Source: Pseudomonadota bacterium
GTDB taxonomy: Bacteria > Desulfobacterota > Anaeroferrophillalia > Anaeroferrophillales > Tharpellaceae
NCBI GenBank assembly: GCA_015486445.1
Contig: WFRT01000177.1
Coordinates: 1 to 44,037, forward strand
Reading direction: 5' to 3'
Length of the DNA stretch: 44,037 bases
Shown here: one piece after another, positions 37,822 through 44,037 of the stretch
Numbering within the stretch: position 1 is the stretch's first letter
Layout of the letters: each line of letters begins with the position of its first letter
The notes under the pieces: model-generated
Databases searched by the model: none
Told to the model about the DNA's origin: nothing
Seen by the model: the letters and a program-made list of their open reading frames with translations, nothing else
Translations under genes and position numbers: made by a program

Positions 37822-38495
37822 GCTCGGGACTGCACAAACAAGGCGGGACTGCCGGAATCGTTGCCCGGCTGTTGGTCGTCGGCCTTCTTGTCTTTATCCT
37901 GGGAGCCGCCGGAAGTGCTCAGGCGCGCAAGAAAGCCCCGGCAAAAAAACCGGCAACGGAAACTCACCTGACTCCGGAAAAACTGGCTTCTCTGGACAAC
38001 AAACGGCCGGTCGTCACTTATGACTCCATGGGACGCCAGGACCCTTTTCGCCCCTTTTTCGACCTTACCCATATCGAACGATCAATTCCCAGCGACCCCG
38101 GTCGACCCCGCACCCCGCTGGAAAAATTCGCCTTGAATCAGTACCACCTGGTCGGCATCATGCTGGCCGGCGGAGACCACAATTATGCTCTTGTAGAAGA
38201 CCCGGAACATGTCGGCTACACGGTGCACGTGGGAGATTACATCGGCAACCAGAGCGGGGTGGTCAAAGCGATCAACGAAAATGAAATCATCGTTGAAGAA
38301 CCTTACCTCGATATTTTTGACCAGCGCCAGGTCCGCATGGTCACCGTGCGTCTCCATGCTCTCGATGAACAGAACCTCTCGCCGCTGCTGCCCGGCGACC
38401 AGAATGTGCTCCCCCCGGAAGAACCACCGCAACATGATGCCTCCACGAGCGCACCGATGGAATCTCAACAGTCTGGAAAAGATTATGTCAATTAA
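37818..38495 (+). CDS. pilP: Type IV pilus assembly protein PilP
   Basis: Signal/anchor, then DPFRPFF and YHLVGIMLAGGDHNYALVEDPEHVGYTVHVGDYIG (PilP beta-sandwich). ATGA overlap with pilO. Confidence 0.8.
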   Translation: MSSGLHKQGGTAGIVARLLVVGLLVFILGAAGSAQARKKAPAKKPATETHLTPEKLASLDNKRPVVTYDSMGRQDPFRPFFDLTHIERSIPSDPGRPRTPLEKFALNQYHLVGIMLAGGDHNYALVEDPEHVGYTVHVGDYIGNQSGVVKAINENEIIVEEPYLDIFDQRQVRMVTVRLHALDEQNLSPLLPGDQNVLPPEEPPQHDASTSAPMESQQSGKDYVN

Positions 38496-38535
38496 TAATT
38501 TCAGCAATATTCAATCCTCCCGGAGCAGAATAATT

Positions 38536-40302
38536 ATGAGTACGATCAAGCAAAAAGCCCGGAAGAAATGGTTCCTGGTTCTTATTCCGGTTGTCTGCCT
38601 GCTGTTGGCCCTCCCCCTGGTCCGGCCGGTCGCGGCCAGTCCCGATCCCGGCGGCCAGAACATCATCAAGCTCCAGCCGTTAATCAAAAACGGCCTGCTG
38701 ACCTTGACTTTCAGCGGCCGGCAGGACCAGAAAATAGACTACAAGCTGTTCTCGCTCGAGGCTCCGCCCCGGCTGGTTATCGATTTTCCCGGCGCCACTC
38801 TCGAGGTTTCATCGGATCCCGGCCTGCTGCTCAAAGAATACTCAGGTTTCAAGGCCCTGCGCTGGGTCAATTCCGACGGAAAATGTCGGGTCGTACTCGA
38901 TACGGAACATGCAAGCCTGCCCGAATACGAACAACAGGCCAAGGACAACACTCTTCTCGTAACCCTGCACAAGGCCCTGCCCGACAACCCGAAAACGATG
39001 GCTCCGGCGCCCGCCAAACCGGCCCCGGCGAAAAAAATCAGCCGGCCGTTCAAACCGGGAAACAACCCCATCAGCATTGATTTCAAGGGCACCGACATCC
39101 AGAACGTCTTCCGTTTTCTGGCCGAAATCAACCATCTCAACGTCGTCATGGGAGATGATGTCAAAGGCACCGTCACCCTGCGTCTGAAAAATGTTCCTTG
39201 GAAGCAGGTCCTGGACATTGTCCTGCGAACGCATCAGCTGGGAATGGAGCGTGAAGGCAACGTCGTTCGTATCGCCCCGGTGGAAGTGTTCCTGCGTGAG
39301 GAAGCGGCCCGCCAGGAAAAAGCCAGGCGTGAAGCTGAAAGCCGTGAAGCCGAGCAGGCGGTCAAGCCCACGGTCATCAGGATTCTCAAGGTTAATTTTG
39401 CCGACATCGATGACGTGGCCAACAAGATTGAAAACACCATCCTGAGCGACCGGGGAACGATCGAAACCGACCCCCGTACCAACTCGATTATTATCAACGA
39501 CATTCCGGAAAGCATCGACCTGGCCGAAGACCTGCTGCATGAACTAGACGAGCCGGTTCGCCAGGTCATGATCGAAGCCAAGATTGTCAAAATCCACAAG
39601 ACCTCGGTCAAGGCCCTGGGGATCCAGTGGGGCGGGGCTTTCAAAAGCAGTACCGGCGACCGTTATTACGGCATCTACGGCAACAGCAACGGTCGGGACG
39701 ATATCGGCCTGCCCACCCCGGCGGATTCCAGCTTCTATGCCGTCAACCTGCCGGTTGCGGCAGCGACCAGCGGGATCGGCATGGTTTTCGGAAAGGTCGA
39801 CAAATTCGCCCTCAACGTCAAGCTGTCAGCCATGCAGAACAGCGGCAACGCCAAGGTCCTTTCCAACCCCAAGGTCCTGGCTTTGAACCAGCAGGAAGCT
39901 GAAATCAGGCAGGGTCAGGAGATACCGTACCAGACCAGTTCCGACAATACCGGGCCGACCACCGAATTCAAGAATGCCGATTTGAGCCTCCAGGTTACCC
40001 CGACCATCACCAACAACAACATGATTTCAATGAAAGTCATGGTAACCAAGGACTCCAAGGGGGAAAACACCCCGGACGCCGGACCGGTCATCAACACTCA
40101 GAGAATCGATACCTCACTGTTGCTGAAAGACGGTGAAACCGCGGTCATTGGCGGCATCCTGGAAACCAACCAGATTGACGCCAACCAGAGTGTGCCGTTT
40201 TTCGGCAGAATTCCGATCCTGGGCTACCTTTTCAACCATAACTACACTGACGGCGAACAGACTGAACTGATGATCTTCATATCGCCGAAGATCGTCAAGT
40301 AA
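38536..40302 (+). CDS. pilQ: Type IV pilus secretin PilQ (AMIN + N0/N1 + secretin domains)
   Basis: The track ORF (38209..) overlaps pilP out of frame. ATG at 38536 gives signal peptide MSTIKQKARKKWFLVLIPVVCLLLALP (alternative ATG at 38485). AMIN motif PPRLVIDFPG, N0 domain ISIDFKGTDIQNVFRFLAE, secretin core KVLSNPKVLALNQQEAEI...VPFFGRIPILGYLF. Confidence 0.9.
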   Translation: MSTIKQKARKKWFLVLIPVVCLLLALPLVRPVAASPDPGGQNIIKLQPLIKNGLLTLTFSGRQDQKIDYKLFSLEAPPRLVIDFPGATLEVSSDPGLLLKEYSGFKALRWVNSDGKCRVVLDTEHASLPEYEQQAKDNTLLVTLHKALPDNPKTMAPAPAKPAPAKKISRPFKPGNNPISIDFKGTDIQNVFRFLAEINHLNVVMGDDVKGTVTLRLKNVPWKQVLDIVLRTHQLGMEREGNVVRIAPVEVFLREEAARQEKARREAESREAEQAVKPTVIRILKVNFADIDDVANKIENTILSDRGTIETDPRTNSIIINDIPESIDLAEDLLHELDEPVRQVMIEAKIVKIHKTSVKALGIQWGGAFKSSTGDRYYGIYGNSNGRDDIGLPTPADSSFYAVNLPVAAATSGIGMVFGKVDKFALNVKLSAMQNSGNAKVLSNPKVLALNQQEAEIRQGQEIPYQTSSDNTGPTTEFKNADLSLQVTPTITNNNMISMKVMVTKDSKGENTPDAGPVINTQRIDTSLLLKDGETAVIGGILETNQIDANQSVPFFGRIPILGYLFNHNYTDGEQTELMIFISPKIVK

Positions 40303-40328
40303 CCAAAGCGACAACCAAGCAAGAGAAA

Positions 40329-40362
40329 GGGGCTGCCTCAGCATGGGGCAGCCCCTTTTTTT
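40329..40362 (+). terminator. Rho-independent terminator of pilMNOPQ
   Basis: GGGGCTGCC (40329-40337) / GGCAGCCCC (40347-40355) followed by TTTTTTT. Confidence 0.85.
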
Positions 40363-40685
40363 GCTAACAACGAGCTGCTCAAGAAAGAGCTGCTCAAGAA
40401 ATACACGGGCGGTCTCCCGCTCCGGTTGCTGGACCCGACCGTAACTGTGAGGGGGCAAAGCGGAGGCCCCGCCTGGCGTCAGGTCGAACAGTAGAAAACC
40501 TATCTGAACAGATGTGTAGACCTTACCTAACCGGGATCGGAGGACTGTCTTGACATATGCGTTTCCGGGCAACGTGTAAGGCCTTCCCCCATCGAAGACG
40601 AAGCAAAGGAGGCGCGGCGTTCTCGATATTCGTTGAAGCTCAAGCTTATTTTTCTATCACTTTGTCAAGAGTAAAGATTTGACCC

Positions 40686-40765
40686 CTTATGTCGTGACTT
40701 ATGTCTTGACCCCTTATGTCCTTATGTCTGCCCTTATGTTCTTATGTTGCCTTGGCCCCTTATGT
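40686..40765. repeat. Array of seven CTTATGT heptamers in ~80 bp
   Basis: Copies start at 40686, 40698, 40713, 40721, 40733, 40741 and 40759. Two are embedded in a longer repeat TTGACCCCTTATGTC. The spacing is irregular (8-18 nt). Confidence 0.8.
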
Positions 40766-40984
40766 TGCCTGTTATTCCTCCTTCGTGGTTAAACCAGGTA
40801 AAAACCCCTTTCCGGCCGGAGGATCATCCATAAAACAAAGAAAATGCAGCTGACAACCTCTGCATGTTGCTGACTTGACCACACACCTGGAGAGGGGCAG
40901 ACAGGGAAGGAAAAAACGGGAGATTCTGGGCACTCCCTTAGATTTACGATACCCCCTCCGCATATCATCGAAAAGTCACGGGGC

Positions 40985-41027
40985 TCAAAAAATAAATGCC
41001 GCTTCCCGCAACCGGAAAGCGGCATTT
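40985..41027 (-). terminator. Rho-independent terminator downstream of the 874-aa gene
   Basis: Minus strand: stem AAATGCCGCTT (41027-41017) / AAGCGGCATTT (41004-40994) followed by ATTTTTTGAG. Confidence 0.75.
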
Positions 41028-41092
41028 CAACCCCCTCCCCCGGCTCACACATTATGAGCGCAGGGAAAGACAAGCATACCAACGAAACAATT

Positions 41093-43714
41093 TCAGAAAC
41101 CAACCTGGGACAAACGTTCACCTTTGACCGGAGAATCCTGTTCCACAACCTGATCCTGGTAATAACAGCTGTAACTGCCGGTAAAACCGTATTTCGTCAC
41201 TTTTTCTATCTTGTAGACATAGTGGTAGGCTCCCATGGAGAATTCGAGAATATAGCCAGGCCCTTGACGGTTGTAATGGGCGACGACCGGGTAGGGCGGC
41301 CAGACGGCACTGATCTGGCCGTTGTTTTCCGTGACCGTCAAGGCATTGGCATGAACCCGGTCCACTCCCATGTAGTGGGAGGTCACCCGCCAGGTACCGG
41401 CCAAGGGGTAGATCTTGAGAGCCTGGAATTCCAGCAGCCCCTGGTCGAACCGGAAGGGAATGCCGTGGTTTTCACCGGGATCCTTGACAAAGGTCGCCGT
41501 GTAGAGCACACCGGGCATGAACTTGAAGTCGGAAGCGTTGTTGTAGACTTTCGGCGCCGGCGGAATCTCGATCGGAATCCCGCCAAACATGAAAGTCTGC
41601 GCAGTACCCCCCCCGGGGCCCTGGCACTGAGTGCAGCCCAGCTGCCGCAGGTCGATCCAGCTCAGATCGAGGATATTCAGAGGGCCGCTGGAAGGCTGAT
41701 ACCAGAGATTCTGCCAGCCGTCCGGTGACTGGTAGGGGAAGGGGCGGATGCTGCCATCTGCGGTCACGGCATAGATAACGCCAGCCGAAAGCGGGTCGTG
41801 AGCCATCAGGACATAGAGCCGGCCGGGATTGGGGGTCGCGGCGCTGACAATCCAATGGTAACCGGTGTCGGCCGTAAAAGTGTTAAATTCAGTCAGGGTA
41901 TAATTGACGTACGGCACTCCGCTCAAGTGGACAATATACTGGACTCCCCAGTCCGTATACTGTTCTGGAATCGAGGCCTCCTCGACCTTGCCGATATTGA
42001 AGAAGAGGTTGTCGGCAAAATAACCGGAAGTCTTGGGAGAAAAGGTTACAAGACATTTCAGGGTGCCGCCGTTGGCGGGAATGATGGTTCCCGGGTCCAG
42101 GCCCGTGACCCCAAAATTGCCGGTGCCAGTGGTGGCGCCCTTGACCTGGAGATCGGTTTTGGAACAGTTGGTAACCATGATCTCCCGGGTCTGACTCTCA
42201 CCGACATTGAGACCGGCAAAAGCCACCTCGCTCGGATTAACGACAATCTGGGCGCCGGTCCCGGAAAGCGGAATTTTTCGGCTCGGCAGGTTGTCAAAGA
42301 CAAGTTCTATAGATCCGTCGGCAACACCGTTGAAGCTGGGGGTGAACGTCACGGTCCCGGTCAGGGTTTTGCCTACTTCGAGGGTGCCGGAAAGCCCGGA
42401 CACCTGGAAAACCTCGCTGCTGGTATTGACCTGCAGAATCTCGACATCGACATCACCGGTATTGGTCAGAACCAGGGTCCGGGAGGCTGCATGATCAAGG
42501 CCCACGGTGCCGAAGTCAACCGCGGCCGGAGCCAGGGAGATCTCGGGGTTGGCGGTTCCGTTGCCCCGCATGTCAATTATCGATTCCGGCAGCCAACTGT
42601 CATACAGAACCCGCAGCTGGCCGGAAATATCACCAACCGACTCGGGGGCAAAGGTTACCATCACATCCAGGACACCATGGGGAGGAATGGTTTTGTCCTC
42701 GAGATCCGGAACCTGGAAAATGGTCTCCGGGGTGATTTCTACCTTTTTGACGGTCACCGGGAAACTGCTGTTGTTGGAAAACAGCAGGGTGGCGTTTTTC
42801 TCCCGACCGATATTGCAGTTGCCAAAGTCAAGCCAGCCGGCCACCGTAATTATCTGGCCCGAAAACTGGATCCCGGAACCACTCAAGGAAATTTCGCTGC
42901 TTTTGACAAAATTGTCATATAAAATCTGGACATTGGCTATATACTGCTTGACAGCCTTGGGCGCGAAAGTGACAATCGCTTCAAACTCTTCGTATTTTCT
43001 AATTGTCTGCCCGGTCAGTTTATTGCCGCTGGTGTCGGTGATGGTAAAAACGGCGCTGCCGTCTGCCGGTGAAGAAAGGTCGGGGATGGTTTTCAGGATT
43101 TTTACATCCACTCCGCCGGTGTTTACCAGGCGCAGCAGGAAGGTCTTCTCGGTCCCGACGGCACAAGGCCCGAAAACAATGCTGGCGCCGCTGCGAATAT
43201 CAATGACATCATTGACGGTAAAATAGCCACTGCCGCTGATCGAAACATTGATGCCGCCACCCGTCAGGACGGCGGCGTAATCTTTCTCCAACTCCGGGGT
43301 AAAAGAGATCCTGGCGCTGACCGTTCCGCCGGCCGGAATGGTAAAACTGCTGCTGCCTTTGAGGGCAAAAGCAGAATCGCCACTAAGGCGCAAGCTGATT
43401 ACTTTCGAGTCCGGATCGGTCGCCGCGTCCTTGACGTAGGAGATATAAACCGTGCCCACCTTTTCCGAACCAACCGAACAGGTATAGAAGTTGAGGCTTC
43501 CCGGGGAAGCACTCACCCCGGCCGCCGCGGCTCCCGGAAACAGCCCGACCGTACCTAACAGGACAAACGCCAGGCAGATGAAAAACAGCATGACTCCGGT
43601 GATCCGGCGGCCGCCGGTACCGTTACAGATTCGTGCGTCCATACCTTCTTCTCCCTTCCGGCCGGAACCGGAACAACAATTCACCAACCCTCTAACCATA
43701 ACCGCCGCCTTCAT
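41093..43714 (-). CDS. Large secreted/surface protein: five tandem ~100-aa Ig-like (ASH / choice-of-anchor-D-like) repeats plus a ~300-aa C-terminal region of unknown fold
   Basis: Hydrophobic signal/anchor ITGVMLFFICLAFVLLGTVGLF. Repeats each contain F(G/T)..(V/I)G......L.(L/V).N.G...V.I and end with L.GSG / GTG. The C-terminus has LGCTQCQGPGGG and a GTWRV...lipocalin-like segment. The ATG at 43714 shares one nt with the upstream stop (TGATG). A later start at MDARIC (43642) is possible. Confidence 0.6.
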   Translation of the reverse strand: MKAAVMVRGLVNCCSGSGRKGEEGMDARICNGTGGRRITGVMLFFICLAFVLLGTVGLFPGAAAAGVSASPGSLNFYTCSVGSEKVGTVYISYVKDAATDPDSKVISLRLSGDSAFALKGSSSFTIPAGGTVSARISFTPELEKDYAAVLTGGGINVSISGSGYFTVNDVIDIRSGASIVFGPCAVGTEKTFLLRLVNTGGVDVKILKTIPDLSSPADGSAVFTITDTSGNKLTGQTIRKYEEFEAIVTFAPKAVKQYIANVQILYDNFVKSSEISLSGSGIQFSGQIITVAGWLDFGNCNIGREKNATLLFSNNSSFPVTVKKVEITPETIFQVPDLEDKTIPPHGVLDVMVTFAPESVGDISGQLRVLYDSWLPESIIDMRGNGTANPEISLAPAAVDFGTVGLDHAASRTLVLTNTGDVDVEILQVNTSSEVFQVSGLSGTLEVGKTLTGTVTFTPSFNGVADGSIELVFDNLPSRKIPLSGTGAQIVVNPSEVAFAGLNVGESQTREIMVTNCSKTDLQVKGATTGTGNFGVTGLDPGTIIPANGGTLKCLVTFSPKTSGYFADNLFFNIGKVEEASIPEQYTDWGVQYIVHLSGVPYVNYTLTEFNTFTADTGYHWIVSAATPNPGRLYVLMAHDPLSAGVIYAVTADGSIRPFPYQSPDGWQNLWYQPSSGPLNILDLSWIDLRQLGCTQCQGPGGGTAQTFMFGGIPIEIPPAPKVYNNASDFKFMPGVLYTATFVKDPGENHGIPFRFDQGLLEFQALKIYPLAGTWRVTSHYMGVDRVHANALTVTENNGQISAVWPPYPVVAHYNRQGPGYILEFSMGAYHYVYKIEKVTKYGFTGSYSCYYQDQVVEQDSPVKGERLSQVGF

Positions 43715-44037
43715 CAAGACTGGCTGTCACGGGCGGCTGCCACGGGGATCGGCTCATTGACAAGATCACTTTCGACGGTAGCGATAAAACTGTGTACCAG
43801 GGTGCTGGTTACCCGGCGAATGGCCTTGGCCACGAGTTTGCGATATTCCTGCTCGGCATACATGCTTTCGGGGGTAACCTCGACCTCGGAACGGTTGCTC
43901 CACAGCAGGCGCCCGGTCTTGGCGTCCTGGACCATGATCCGGATCTGGACTACGGCCCGCGGCACCTTGCCGCCGTTGTGCGCCAGGTAGGCCGTCCCGA
44001 CCCCGGCCAGGCCCCAGAGGGTGGTATTCAAGGCATG
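43714..44037 (-). CDS. Hypothetical protein, 3' part only (ORF open to the window edge)
   Basis: The reading frame stays open upstream of the TTG at 44031 to the window end. The stop is coupled to the 874-aa gene. No family recognised. Confidence 0.4.
   Translation of the reverse strand, partial: HALNTTLWGLAGVGTAYLAHNGGKVPRAVVQIRIMVQDAKTGRLLWSNRSEVEVTPESMYAEQEYRKLVAKAIRRVTSTLVHSFIATVESDLVNEPIPVAAARDSQS

Noticed and set aside
38209-38535. 5' extension of the pilQ ORF (track start 38209)
   Set aside because: The extension overlaps pilP in another frame and encodes no signal peptide. A canonical signal peptide follows the ATG at 38536, so the long form is an artefact of an open frame.
40686-40765. 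Heptamer array as a CRISPR or other spaced-repeat locus
   Set aside because: The repeat unit is only 7 nt with irregular 1-11-nt spacers. This is far too short for CRISPR, and no cas genes or leader are present.
40772-41148. Small ORFs (63, 119 and 60 aa) in the pilQ / 874-aa-gene intergenic region
   Set aside because: They have no SD, are Cys/Arg/Pro-rich with implausible composition, overlap a terminator hairpin and each other, and one runs into the 3' end of the 874-aa gene. I treated the region as non-coding.
41798-43226. Plus-strand ORFs of 374 aa and 239 aa inside the 874-aa gene
   Set aside because: They are antisense to a gene with a coherent signal peptide and five-fold repeat architecture. 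Their translations lack any pattern.

Overview
This 44-kb window looks like core chromosome from a GC-rich, Geobacter/Desulfuromonadales-like deltaproteobacterium; that placement rests on gene content and order only. Most genes are housekeeping. They include a modCBA-type transporter with a yebG-like gene, an AsmA-family protein, and a long minus-strand array (rplM-rpsI, argC-ilvB-ilvN-ilvC-psd-pssA-leuA-leuC-leuD-asd). Also present are bioB-bioF, rlmE, pilD, carD/PIN-TRAM/ispDF, tolA-like/tolB/pal/ybgF, pilMNOPQ and an 874-aa secreted multi-Ig-repeat protein. I saw no rRNA, tRNA, CRISPR, integrase or transposase gene. The stand-out is a plus-strand six-gene operon (6068-12095) with no assignable function. 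It encodes a 679-aa helical-repeat protein, an Hsp70-like protein with degenerate ATP-binding motifs, and a translationally coupled 70-aa ORF. These are followed by a Ycf46-type AAA+ ATPase with intact motifs, a DUF1257 (Ycf35-like) protein and a DUF2997 protein, and the operon ends at a strong terminator. Other notable signals are listed below.
- A ~240-bp foldback MITE-like repeat family: 2 full copies, 1 truncated copy and 3 solo ends. Five of the six sit just 5' of minus-strand genes.
- A ModA binding protein whose two sequence halves are in swapped order (circular permutation).
- Two tandem 14-bp palindromes abutting the pilM start.
- A ~620-bp gene-less region between two convergent terminators that holds seven CTTATGT heptamers.
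- A structured pal-ybgF spacer.
Coordinates of non-ORF features were read by eye and may be off by 1-2 nt.
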